Shown piece by piece: positions 13,474-27,315 of a stretch of DNA of 64,000 nucleotides. The translations under genes and the position numbers were made by a program. The stretch's first letter is position 1, and each line of letters opens with the position of its first letter. The notes below the pieces were generated by a model that saw only the letters and a program-made list of their open reading frames with translations, did not search any database and was not told the DNA's origin. Origin of the DNA: Octopus vulgaris (Eukaryota); the NCBI GenBank assembly GCA_951406725.2, contig OX597818.1:125302001-125366000 (forward strand), in the 5' to 3' direction.

Positions 13474-13477
13474 TACA

Positions 13478-13511
<34 letters not shown>

Positions 13512-13562
13512 CATATACACGCACACGCACACACACATAACTATATATATATGTGTCAAAGG

Positions 13563-13618
<56 letters not shown>

Positions 13619-13620
<2 letters not shown>

Positions 13621-13850
13621 GCGGCGAGCTGGCAGAAACGTTACCACGCCGGGCGAAATGCGTAGCCGTATTTCGTCTGTCGTTACGTTGTGAGTTCAAA
13701 TTCCGCCGAGGTCGACTTTGCCTTTCATCCTTTCGGAGTCGATAAATAAAGTACCAGTTACACACTGGGGTCGATGTAATTGACTTAATCCCTTTGTCTG
13801 TCCTTGTTTGTCCCCTCTATGTCTAGCCCCTTGTGGGCAATAAAGAAATA
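13619..13850 (+). mobile_element. SINE family A monomer inside a (TA)n tract
   Basis: GGCGGCGAGCTGGCAGAAACGTT...GAGTTCAAATTCCGCCGAGG...AAAGAAATA. Confidence 0.9.
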
Positions 13851-13867
13851 TATATATGTATACATTG

Positions 13868-13906
<39 letters not shown>

Positions 13907-13918
13907 ATATATATATAT

Positions 13919-13967
<49 letters not shown>

Positions 13968-14059
13968 GAACAATCTTTCTTAGAAATGGATGCGTGCGTT
14001 CCGTCATATAATAAATTAATAAATATATATATATATGTATGTATGTGTATATGTATATA

Positions 14060-14092
<33 letters not shown>

Positions 14093-14399
14093 ATCTGTGT
14101 GTATATGCATATATATATTATTTATGCATATATACGTATGTGCATATATGAATTTATACACACACACACACGCTCACACACATACACATACACATGTATG
14201 TATATATTAATAGCACGTGACTGCCACCGGCTTCCTGTACGGTATGCTTATAGAAAATTTTTATCACTCTTAAGGATCATAAGGCAATTTTTCCCAACTC
14301 AAAATGCTAGTTAACCAACTCTTGTAAATGTGTATAAGAAATATGTAGCAAACTCATTCCGGACTCAACCTAAACAATAAGAATACGGCGAGACTAGAA

Positions 14400-14760
14400 T
14401 TGCAATGTCACTAGTTTCGAAAGGATTTTGACAAAGAGGAAAAAGCAGTTTATAGATTCACCCAATTCGATATTGTGGGTGTTCTTTATACTAAAATACA
14501 GTCTCTCTGGAAGCTCTGAATTTCATGTGAGAGTCTACCACACTTTGCGACCTAGACATCAGAAAATTAATAAATATCAAGAACTAGCTGCTAAAAGAAC
14601 CTTCAGTTTTAATGGCTTTATAGGGAACTACGATAAAACTGAGGTTTGATCTTTTGGGATTGTTCAGTCTTTATAAACTGAGAACTACACAAAACCGCAT
14701 CCTTCGAATTGCACATGCTAGTTTAGCTACTTCATAAAATATGAATGACCACGCTATAGC
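14400..14760 (+). mobile_element. Possible ancient RLE-type LINE remnant
   Basis: RHQKINKYQELA resembles the KxxKY motif of RLE endonucleases; otherwise degenerate. Confidence 0.35.
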
Positions 14761-15550
14761 TACATTTAGTAAGATCTTAAAACTTATATCGAAGGGGTTC
14801 GCTTTAAACATAACTGTTTAGCAAAACGTTAACGATATTCAACTTCATATATATAATGCTATATACAAATACAAACCTTACAGAAAGCAACACAATGTTA
14901 CAGTATACATATACAAACATTACAACTATCTACTATCGATAATTAGAAACCATGTGATTGGTGCAACCCTTTACTTAGCGGAGTGCCAGCTTTATGTAGC
15001 TTTAACGAGATGGTACTATAAAAGAAGCACACGTCTCACATACACACATACAGCATCGTCGACTAAACCTCATTATTTCAGTGTCTTAAAGGTGTGAATT
15101 ATGTCCAACTCAAAAGTTTCAGACATTACAATAGCAATAGGTATAATTTATCTGGTGATCCGAGATATTCTCTAGTTATCATCAACAGATAAAATCTCTT
15201 TTAAACAGTTTCTACAGGCTCTAAAATCTACGATCTGCGGATTTTACAAATATCAAGGATTAGCTGCCCACAACAATGATCATAAGCGTAGACAAAGTGT
15301 TTACCCTTAAACTGTAGAGGCCAGGGCAGCATCAGTTACATATTTGAACCCGTGGCCTACTTAGAAGAAAGCGACTCAACCCAACTAGAGCACTGTGGAC
15401 AGGCTTTCATTTTTTCCCATGCTAATATTACCCGATAAATCGTGTGTGTACTGTTTCCGTGAAACTCTGAGTAGCCATGTAGAATATATAAAATATATAC
15501 TTTAGATTATATATGTATACATATATATTGTTGATTTCATATATATATAC

Positions 15551-15600
<50 letters not shown>

Positions 15601-15631
15601 GTATATATATATATATATGTATATATATATG

Positions 15632-15696
<65 letters not shown>

Positions 15697-15785
15697 GTAT
15701 GTATGTGTGTGTATATATATATATATAATAATATAAAATATATATATATATGCATATATACATACGTATATCTATATGTATACTT

Positions 15786-15963
15786 ATTTCCTCTGTCTTC
15801 CCTTCTCTGGATCTTTCCTTCTACTATGTTTCCGAAGAAGAACTCCGCTCGAAACGTTAAACCCTCCTTCTTTCCTGATTTTCCTGAGCGTCCAATAATA
15901 CTATATTTGTTCCACGTTCTCGCGTTGTTGTGTTTTTTTGTGCTTTCTTGTTTGGATTAACTT
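15786..15963 (+). mobile_element. Short Penelope-type terminal element with variant hammerhead motif
   Basis: Near-identical inverted copy at ~63035-63215; contains GTTT-CCGAAGA-A-GAAC-TCC-GCTC-GAAACGT-T-AAAC. Confidence 0.6.
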
Positions 15964-15964
15964 T

Positions 15965-16570
15965 ATATGCATATATGTGTACAGGACGTCACAAAACGTA
16001 AACAACATGAAATACGAAAACAACATGGAATACGAAGACAAACTTAGGTATGCGAACAACGAGAGAAACAAATGGAAAACAATACAAGTAACATAAAGAA
16101 CGACCCTTCATCAGTTGTCGGCTGTCCATCTACTCCTCATTTCGAGCAATTAACGACAATATGAAGCTTCGAAAAGCAGTTGCTCCCGCAAACCAAAATA
16201 AAATTTGGGATTTACGGAGGGACAAAGTTGGGAACGAAAACAGGACAGTGGAGACATACAACAAACCAAACGAAAACAAACATGGAAGGCCGCCAGGCCA
16301 GATGAGGTAAGGTAGCGAACGCTGGAGGAATATTGTCTTTGACAAGAGAAAAGATAGAAGAGGAGACAGATAAGAATGCGTCTGGTTTTTAAGACAGACT
16401 GAAAGAAAAGAAAGATGCTCACGTGAGGAAAAGAAAGATGGACGATGGAAAGATAGAGTAAAGGAGAAAGAGGGAGAAAGAGATAAAGACAGATAGAAAA
16501 CGGTGAAGGGACGTATTTCGTATTTCAAGTTGTTTACGTTTCGTGACGTCCTGTACACATACATGCATAT
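15965..16570. mobile_element. ~600-bp element bounded by ~55-bp inverted repeats (Penelope-like inverted terminus or MITE)
   Basis: 15965-16019 is the reverse complement of 16516-16570 with few mismatches; related to 28300-28490. Confidence 0.65.
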
Positions 16571-16646
16571 ACATATATATTTTTTAATTTTTTATTTTAT
16601 TTATATCATTATATGATTGAACGCCACGCATCCATTTCAAAGTGTG

Positions 16647-16775
<129 letters not shown>

Positions 16776-16821
16776 ATATATATATATATATACACATACA
16801 TATATATATATACACATATAC

Positions 16822-16874
<53 letters not shown>

Positions 16875-17846
16875 CATACATATATATATATATGTATGTA
16901 TGTATGTTTGTATGTATGTATGTATGTTTGTATGTATGTATGTATGTATGTATGTATGGATGGATGGATGGATGGATGGATGGATGGATGTATATATGTA
17001 TATATGTATATATTTATATATATATATATATGCCGACAAAGAAGGAGAGAGAGATTAAAAGAATGTATAGGGGAATACATACGTGTGTATTTATGCTTGC
17101 GTGTGTTATTCTCGTTCTCCTCTCCCTGTGTAAGTGTTGCGTGTTGTGTATGTGTATTTGTAAACATTTTTTGTGTGAAACGTTTCTTCGGTTTACTGTG
17201 TTAAGACAATGGATTGTTGGTTTCGACGATTTAGTTTCTTATCTCCTTATCTTGTCAAACCCTCCAAATTTGTCTCAAGAGGTAGTTGAAGGTATATAAC
17301 GATCGCTTTCAACACCAGTTCAAGTGGTAATATATAATTACACGGACAAATTTTCATAATCATTCTACGCCTTGCTGATATTCCTTTTACCAAATTACCC
17401 TGTCGTGTTCTCAAGATATCTTTTAGTGTTTTAACGTTGTTATTGGCATTTCTTCTACTGATATCTATATTTCCCTTTTCCTTTATTACTTTCTTTATCT
17501 ACCAGTTTTCCTTTTGCTGTTTATTACTCGAGAGAAGTTTATCATTTTCGTTTTTTTTTCTTCCTTTTTTTTGCCATTTGTCTTGTCGACAAAGAAGATA
17601 AAGAAATCGCTAATTTGCTAATTTCACTTCTGTTGTTTATTAATTCTATATGTAATGTAAGTACTTGGAAATATTTATGATTCATAATATAGGTCCAACT
17701 CCACAAACATTAATAGAGGGATTTTAACTGATTATAACCCCTACCAGTCATTATTTTATGTAGAAATTATTTTATCGACTCTTAAGACAGTATTTGATCA
17801 AACAACTATATTAAGCATATTACTAAATATTACACCGTGTTTTGCC

Positions 17847-17931
<85 letters not shown>

Positions 17932-18049
17932 TTGAATAACAAATCAATTAAATAAAGTTCACTTGTATTTTGGTGGCAATTTTTCAAATAGCGGAAGGAA
18001 GGCATGCAAAGTCAATCATCGGTAAGACACTCACTATGAACTTTAAATT

Positions 18050-18490
18050 TCCACCGATCCTTCCATCATCTCTACCCACTATTCCTGGTGGGGTTGTGGC
18101 GGATTGAATCTTCAGGCATCTCCTCTATAGGGGTTTATTAGAAGCAACCGTCATTACGCTTTCAGGCCGAATCCCCAAGCGTGACCAATTGAAATTATAG
18201 ATATTATCCAGTCACCTCATTCCTAGTTTACCCCTATGACCCCTGATGTTTGGACCGCTTTGAAGAATCCGTCTTCTGATCCTTTTCTGCGACATTCTAA
18301 TCACGTGTCCGTAGTTTCGGTACCGTGATCCCCCCCCGCACCCACCACACACATTAATGCGAATAGGTACCGGTTCGATCTGCAGAGACTCCTTGATCTC
18401 CGAGCTACGCACCCGGTCGAGTAAGATTATTCCAGGGATCCTTCTGAGGAATCCCATTTTGGCTGCTGGTATTCACGATCGTTCTCTTTC
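18050..18490 (-). mobile_element. RTE-clade LINE 3' fragment
   Basis: MGFLRRIPGIILLDRVRSSEIKESLQIEP...YGHVIRM matches the post-RT region of RTE elements. Confidence 0.8.
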
Positions 18491-18517
18491 AATTTCAACT
18501 TCAAATTTAAACACAAC

Positions 18518-18548
<31 letters not shown>

Positions 18549-18587
18549 CATACATACATACATACATACATACATACATACATACAT

Positions 18588-18789
18588 GTTGATTCGCTAG
18601 CTTCTGCACGCATTTTTTTCTCTCCTTGTTTCTTTCCGTGTTTCTTTTCTGTGTATCTTTCTGTTGAAGAGCGTAGGCTCGAAACGTAAAAGACTTGTTT
18701 TATCTATATTCCTGAGCGCCATACTAATACAATTGTTTGTCTGTATTCCACCTGCCTTCGTCCTTTGTTTATTTTCATAAAGCTTCCCG

Positions 18790-18792
<3 letters not shown>
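18588..18792 (+). mobile_element. Short Penelope-type terminal element inserted in (CATA)n, with minimal hammerhead motif
   Basis: TCTTT-CTGTTGA-A-GAGC-GTAG-GCTC-GAAACGT-A-AAAGA at 18656-18693; shares TTCCTGAGCG with the 15786 family. Confidence 0.6.
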
Positions 18793-18820
<28 letters not shown>

Positions 18821-19502
18821 CATACATACATACATACATACATACATACATACAGTATGGCGCGTCAACATTTGACGTGCAGGTACAAAGGGCCGTTTAA
18901 AATGCATTTTCGAACGTTTTCTTCCGCTATTACGCCGACTCCTCCAGCTGGAATCAGTAACTGGTTTATTTCTTCTGTTTTAAGTAAGAGAAACATCTTT
19001 TATTTACCAACGAAGAGTTATTCGAACCGGATTACAAAATACATCTTACACCACGTAGAATCTCGCTGGTACAATCATGACTGATACTGCTAACAACAAC
19101 ACGAACACCGATACCAACAAAAGCAGTGCTCCGACATATGTAACATATTTAAGACGACAGATGTACTCTACTCAATTTTCTTGGTTTTCCCATTTAAATC
19201 AAGATCTGATTTGCTGCAATAAAAAATGCGTTTGATGACCCTTCTATTGGCTGCATGAAGTGGCTCAAAAAATGCTAGGACGAAGCCCACCCACACTTTA
19301 AAATATTTTACAGCGAAACAGATTCGGCATACATTGTATATTTGTTAGAAACCAGCTCCTTCCTTACAGGATGACTTCAAATCATAAAAGTAGAAGAGAA
19401 GAAAATATACGCGCCCGCGTATGTATGTATGTATGTATGTATGTATGTATGTATGTATGTATGTATGTATGTATGTATATATATATATATATATTTGTGT
19501 AT

Positions 19503-19536
<34 letters not shown>

Positions 19537-19546
19537 TTTGTGTATG

Positions 19547-19586
<40 letters not shown>

Positions 19587-19591
19587 GTATG

Positions 19592-19630
<39 letters not shown>

Positions 19631-19735
19631 ATGTATGTATATATATATAAATGATATATATACATTATATGTGTATGTGTGTGAGAGAAGGTGTATGGTG
19701 TTTTATGTGTATGGTGTGTGTGTGTGCGCGGACAC

Positions 19736-19801
<66 letters not shown>

Positions 19802-20457
19802 CTCACATACGCATACACATATAATAGTTCGGCTGTAAATTGTTGATGGTTTAGCAGCTGCAATGTAAATAATAAACAGATGTTAGGCCAGAGCTATTGT
19901 TTTTCATGTTTGGAAGGGCTGTGCGCACATCAGACTCGCCCACTCATTCATAGTATGTGTCCAGTTTATAAAACACCATATTTGTTCGCCCTAAATTTTG
20001 AATTCTAGTTCGACATGATTGACTGTTACCACCTGCATCAGTTTTGCTGTTGCCAATTTCGAATCTCTGAAGATGAAGGTTACTTATTTTTTCCATGCTT
20101 CATTGGAATAAAATGCCACCATGCCACTACACATGCACATGTTATTGAATGGTCATTGGCTCATCTAAGTTCATCGACATATCCTGTCTTTCAACCCTCT
20201 TCCTGGTGCAGAGAACATCCAAAATGAACCCCTTAATCAAGAAGGTTAGTTGGTTTGCTCGTTTAATGGCTGACGATCCAACTAGGCAGCAATTAGTATT
20301 GAGTTATATGAAACTAGAAGCGCTCTAAAGTGAGTTATATGATACTAGAAGCGCTCTAAAGTGACTTATCATATATAGATATCTTAAAAGTATATAGACA
20401 TCCACCGTTATACCATTTTATTGATGCGGATACTATCTGGTGCTTCAAGCTTATTAA

Positions 20458-21050
20458 TGTATTATTATCTTATTATTATTATCATTCAATATCAAATGTT
20501 TATACTAACAAGCCATGATGCAAAATTAGAAGCAAACGAGTTGTCTGATTTTCAAAGAGGGTGTATTGTGGGTCAATCTGGGGTTGTATTATTATCTTAT
20601 TATTATTATCATTCAATATCAGATGTTTATACCAACAAGCCATGATGCAAAATTAGAAGCAAACGAGTTGTCTGATTTTCAAAGAGGGTGTATTGTGGGT
20701 CAATCTGGGGTTTGACTTAGTCATGGTAAAGTTACCTTACGACTTCTCTTGTTACCTTACAAGAGAATAGAGAATCTATTGTCAGAGATTGAACAATTCA
20801 CCTGGAAAGGAAAGGAGCCAACAGTATCCCGCTCAGGTCGACCTGGGGCCTCTGAAAAGTTTCTTCGGACTCTCAAGCGGATTGTTGAAAATAATTCCCA
20901 TTGCAAGACAGGTGATGTTGCAGAGAAACTCAAAATGAATCGAAGTACTTTTGTGGCGTATCTCCATCAATTTGGCTACTACAGCAGAGCAACTGGAAGG
21001 AAGTCTAACCTTCGACTAGAAAATTTCCAAAGGATGGATAAATAATCTTT
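20458..21050 (+). pseudogene. Tc1 transposase relic (N-terminal part), related to 859-2097, with an internal 127-bp duplication
   Basis: [14 protein letters not shown] (twice), RSGRPG, LKRIVENN, YLHQFGYYSRATGRK. Confidence 0.85.
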
Positions 21051-21542
21051 CAAAAATGATAGTGTTCATTCACTTTTGAGAAGCTTGTGTATATATATTT
21101 ATAAATGTATGTATATGTGTGTGTACGAATGGGCGTATGTATATATAGTAGGACGTTATTAAATATCACAAAGCATTTAGCCTAACCCTGTACCGTGCCT
21201 GCCATTTACCTTTTTCCAGATGTAACAAAAAGTTCCAGACGAGACAAAAAACAAAAACTGTCTCCCCAATAAAAGAAAACATTAACTAATTATCAATAAC
21301 AAAATAAAAAGTCATATTCACAAACGGAAATACAACCAGTTCGGAAATGAAATATATACTAAAACCCCACGACCGTTAAAAATGTCGCAAAAGCACGAAA
21401 ATGCAGAAAAAACACGATATAAATAGGGATAGCTATATACATTTAAATATATTTACATTCATTCACTGGCATACAAGGGTTGTCCATACATAAGCCTATA
21501 TATATATATGTTTATAATCTGTTTATTCATAGCTTTCATTTT

Positions 21543-21592
<50 letters not shown>

Positions 21593-22167
21593 ACACATAC
21601 ACATACACACACACGCACACACACACACACAAACACACAGGTATATATATATATAAACGTATACATATTCACTCACATAATATATGTTGATGTACAGATT
21701 TGTGTGCATAAGTACATACATATACACACATATGTGTATGTGTGTGTGGGAGGGCGCGGAAATTTATACATATGTATATATAAATATATGTACATACGCA
21801 TGTATGTGTGTATGTGTGTGTGTGTGCGTGTGTATTTATTAAAGATTTGCAAGGGTTTTCGAAGTTTCATATTGTTCGCTTTTTCAGACTTGAGTTCTTT
21901 TGGCTTTAGAAAAAAATATTGGCCAGTTGTCTTGCTGAGATTGGTGGAACTATGTGAACTGTTAAGTGTGGTTCAGGTAACCCGCAGAACTAGTTGCATA
22001 GAAAGAGAGTATAGAGGAGGACAGGAGAAAAGCATGAATTTGTAGGATGTGGGTCGAAAGAAAGTTATTCTTTGGATATTGTATTTAGTTTGGTGTGAGG
22101 TTATTTATCTGGGTTCAGTCAACCGAGGAAGTAACTATGTAATTAGGAGTATCAAATTTAGGTCAAG

Positions 22168-22665
<498 letters not shown>

Positions 22666-22904
22666 AAGTTGATTTTTTTTTTGCTCTGTTTTAGGGTTCT
22701 CAAAAGAAAGCTTGGTAAACGAAGTAGTTGATTACCCAGCATATGTCAGATTTAAACCGAATTGGTATTGGTGTTAATAGATTTCCATAAAGAAATTTTT
22801 AATAGTGCATTTTGGAAAGGTTACGATTGATATATTATGTTACCATAAATATATATATTGCGGGTTTCTAGTAATTTGTTTGTATTTATATTATATTACA
22901 CTTT

Positions 22905-23125
22905 AACTCTTTTACTCTTTTACTTGTTTCAGTCATTTGACTGCGGCCATGCTGGAGCACCGCCTTTAATCGAGCAACTCGACCCCGGGACTTATTCTTT
23001 TGTAAGACCAGTACTTATTCTATCGGTCTCTTTTGCCGAACTGCTAAGTAACGGGGACGTAAACACACCAGAATCGGTTGTCAAGCAATGCTAGGGGGAC
23101 AAACACAGACACACAAACACACACA

Positions 23126-23165
<40 letters not shown>

Positions 23166-23305
23166 TGACGGGCTTCTTTCAGTTTCCGTCTACCAAATCC
23201 ACTCACAAGGCTTTGGTCAGCCCGAGGCTATAGTAGAAGACACTTGCCCAAGGTATCACGCAATGGGACTGAACCCGGAACCATGTGGTTGGTAAACAAG
23301 CTACT
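22905..23305 (-). mobile_element. SINE family B
   Basis: Reverse complement of family B head and tail. Confidence 0.85.
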
Positions 23306-23446
23306 TAATATATTATATTATATTATATTTTATTATATTATATTATATTTTATTATATTATATTTTATTATATTATATTATATTATTGTAGACAAATTCA
23401 GATACATATTTATATACATGTATATTCATATGTATAACGTTACCCA

Positions 23447-24135
23447 TAGGCGCAAGCATGGCTGTGCAGTTAAGAAGCTTGCTTTGTAACCACTTTATTT
23501 CAGGTTCGATCTTACTGCGCTGCGCCTTGGGCAAGTGCTCTGTACTATAATGCAAGGCCGACCAATGTCTCCTGAATGAATTTGTTTGGTGGAAACTGTA
23601 AGGAAGCCTGCTGTATATAAATATATATACATGTGTGTCTATTTATATGTGTGTATGTGTGTGTATGTGTGTGTATATATATAATATATAAACACATGTA
23701 CGTACATATGTATATATATATGTATGTATATATATATGTATATATGTATGTATTATATATGCCACACACACACACACGATATATATATATAATATTTATG
23801 TGTGTGTGTGTGTGTGTAGCACCTTTAGTCGAACAAATTGACCCCAAGATTTATTCTTTGTAAGCCTAGTGCTAGTTACGGGGACGTGAACACACCAACA
23901 TCGGTTGTGAAGCGATGGTAGGAAGACAAACACAGACACACAAACACACACACACACACACACACACGTACATATATATATATATACGATGGGCTTCTTT
24001 CAGTTTCCGTCTTCCAAACCCACTCACATGGCTTTGGTTGACCAGAGGCTATAGCAGATACTTACCTAAGGTGCCCCGCAGTGGGACTGAACTCGGAACT
24101 ATGTGGTTGGTAAGCAAGCTACTTACCACACAGTC
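23447..24135. mobile_element. SINE family B head (+, 23447-23612) and partial copy (-, 23820-24135)
   Basis: Matches to family B on opposite strands. Confidence 0.75.
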
Positions 24136-24564
24136 ACTATACTTGCCAGTTCAATTTGATTCGTCTTTATTAGTCGAAAGACACCTGTCCGAAACTGTAA
24201 GGATAATTTGGTAACTCGACTGATGAGAGGAACTTGCGAATGACCCGTTCTTGTTTTTTCCTGTCTGTCTTTTTATTGTTTTTCCTATCAATCTTCGCAT
24301 CATCTATCCATCTAGATGTTTTATTGTCTTCTGTTGCCTTCCATTTTGGCTGCTTTTCTTTCTACAAATCGGAAGATACATTGCGGAACAGTCATTTTAA
24401 CGAGTTGTATTTATTTAGCACCCGACGAGATACATCTACACCACCGGATGCTCCTGAACCAGTTGCTGAGTGTCCCACTCATGAGGAATCGATGCTAGAT
24501 TATTCGAATTGTTGTGATTAATAAAAAATTCTCGTGTATTCCATCTTTCCGTCTTTCATTTGCC

Positions 24565-24595
<31 letters not shown>

Positions 24596-24639
24596 TGTAT
24601 GTATGTATGTATGTATGTATGTATGTATGTATGTATGTG

Positions 24640-24927
24640 AGTGACAACTTGGCCACTGGTGGTGGTGTAACACACCATACTAATCATATCTGTCGAGCAT
24701 GTGGAAGAGAGTGTAATTCGGCAGGAGAACTTAAACGACATGCAAAGGTACGTGAAGCCCAATTACAACTACAGCCGGCTATTACCAGTAAAGGTTTTAG
24801 TTGCCAATTTTGTACAAGGCATTGTAGATCTTTAGCTGGGCTAAAAAGTCACATTCGATCACTGCACCAGTAACAGTTAAGCTTCGTGCAATGGCCATAC
24901 TCGATAACGAGGGGGCAGCCATAATAA
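24640..24927 (+). mobile_element. RTE/BovB-like LINE 3' end with two C2H2-like fingers, within (ATGT)n
   Basis: CRACGRECNSAGELKRH and [22 protein letters not shown] then stop and short UTR; no TGEKP linker. Confidence 0.65.
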
Positions 24928-25005
24928 TGTATGTATGTATGTATGTATGTATGTATGTATGTATGTATGTATGTATGTATGTATGTATGTATGTATGTAT
25001 GTATG

Positions 25006-25086
<81 letters not shown>

Positions 25087-25679
25087 TCTGAAGTTCAACT
25101 GTATTAAGAAAGCAAAAATCCGTTTTTTTGTATTTTTCTTTGAAATTTTGTTTGTTTGGTTCTGATAAATAAATCATTTCCTTTAATAGATTACAAGCAG
25201 CGTTGAAGTCACAATTGTAGATATAACATAACGTTGGGTGGCGCTGGTTGATGTGATAATGGTATTCTTACTAATGGTTGCGGTGGTGTTGAATTTATCT
25301 CTTTTCAGTGGTCCACTCTCAAGTATGTGTAAACTGAAACTCATAAACTATAACATCGAATCCATAGTATATTTTATGGTATCCTTTGTTTATAGCAGGG
25401 TTATCTGTGGAACGTCGTTGTGTAGATAACTGAATGTAACATAAAATTTTATATACGTCACATACATGCAAACATACATGCATACATACATATGTACATA
25501 TATACATACATATGTACATATATACATACATGCAAATATTACATACATACACACATACATAGAAACAAACATTACATACATACATACATATATACATACA
25601 TGCAAATATTACATACATACAATTATCAAAATGCATACATACAAGCAGATAGACTGACAGGCATACATATACATACACT

Positions 25680-25838
25680 CACAGGAGTGGCTGTGTGGTG
25701 AAAAAAGCTTGCTTCTCAACCACGTGGTTCCGGGTTCAGTCCAACTGCGTGGCACATTGGGCAAGTGTCTTCTATAGCTTCGGACCTGCCAAAGCCTTGT
25801 GTGTGGATTTGGTAGACGGAAGCTGAAAGAAGCCCGTC

Positions 25839-25842
<4 letters not shown>
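25680..25842 (+). mobile_element. SINE family B head
   Basis: CAGGAGTGGCTGTGTGG...TTGGGCAAGTGTCTTCT...AAAGAAGCCCGTCG. Confidence 0.82.
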
Positions 25843-25880
<38 letters not shown>

Positions 25881-25884
<4 letters not shown>

Positions 25885-26115
25885 TTATTAATAAGGGTTC
25901 AGCAAAGATTTGCTTTACGACATACCGAAGTTTAGAAATAGTAGTCAAAAAATCTTAGCTATTTCTTCTACTTTAAAAAGGGACTCCTAGTTTCTCTAGG
26001 TTTCTCTAGGAGTCCCTTTTTAAAGTAGAAGAAATAGCAAAGATTTTGTGACTGCTATTTCTAATCTTCGGTATGTGGTAAAGCAAATCTTTGCTGGACC
26101 CTTATTAATAAGTAT
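25881..26115. repeat. Near-perfect palindrome, 110-bp arms, 15-nt spacer
   Basis: 25881-25990 versus 26006-26115: about 6 mismatches by eye. Confidence 0.95.
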
Positions 26116-26212
26116 TACTTAAGTTTACCGTGAAATGGTCCTTTTTCATACCGAATTCTACTTGGTGAAATTATTGATTACTTCTTAATTAATTAATTTT
26201 ACACTTTGTTAT

Positions 26213-26264
<52 letters not shown>

Positions 26265-26449
26265 GTGTGTGTGTGTGTGAGTTTGTGTGCGTGTGTGTGT
26301 ATGTGTGTTTGTGTGTCTGTGTTTGTGTGTCTGTGTTTGTCCCCCCCCCCACACACACATACACACACATTCCCACTAGAGAGGACGTTGGTCAGCGAAA
26401 TGATTACTCATTCTTATCAGCAGAATGAACTTCAGCCACGTAAAATGTA

Positions 26450-26551
26450 ATGTTTCGCTCAAGAACACGCTGCGTCGATCGACCTTGGAATCGAAACCGC
26501 AATCTTACGATCATGAGTACAGCACCCTGACCACTAGGCCACACGCCTCCG
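26450..26551 (-). mobile_element. tRNA-derived SINE head (family C-like)
   Basis: Minus strand GGAGGCGTGTGGCCTAGTGG...GCGGTTTCGATTCC (box A and box B). Confidence 0.7.
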
Positions 26552-26659
26552 CAAAACACACACACACACGTATTTACAGGTTGTGATGATAGTCGTTACA
26601 GCAGTGGTGGTGGTGGTGGAGGTAGTGTTGATAATTGTAATATGATGGTAATGATGATG

Positions 26660-26871
26660 GTTAGCACGCCGGGCGAAATGCGTAGCCGTAATTCGTCTGC
26701 CGTTACGTTCTGAGTTCAAATTCCGCCGAGGTCGACTTTGCCTTTCATCCTTTCGAGGTCGATAAATTAAGTACCAGTTATGTACTGGGGTCGATGTAAT
26801 CGACTTAATCCGTTTGTCTGTCCTTGTTTGTCCCCTCTGTGTTTAGCCTCTTGTGGGTAGTAAAGAAATAG
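26660..26871 (+). mobile_element. SINE family A, 5' truncated
   Basis: GTTAGCACGCCGGGCGAAATG...AAAGAAATAG. Confidence 0.88.
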
Positions 26872-27270
26872 ATAATGACAACAATGGCTGTTACGATGAG
26901 GTGGTAGGGATGAGTGTGGCCATGGTGGGAGGGTATGTTGGTGATTTTTGTGGAATTTGCAAGCGTGGTCAGGTTGTTATTTGTTTTGTTACTTAATATT
27001 ACTCGAAATGGTACAACATATATATTTATGTGGTGCCGGCGGAGGCTGCGATGATAGTAATGATTGTGGGATGGGTGTTGGTTATGGTGGTAGTGGTGGT
27101 GGCTTTGGTGGTTGTTATAGTGGGAGTAATTGTGGTGGGGTTACTGTTGTTGTTGTTGTTGTTGGTGGTGGTGGAAGTGGTGGTGGTGGTAGTGATGGTA
27201 ATGATAATAACAATAATGACGATAGCGGTAGTGAAGGTGGTGTTGGTGATAATAATGACGCTGATGGTGG

Positions 27271-27315
<45 letters not shown>

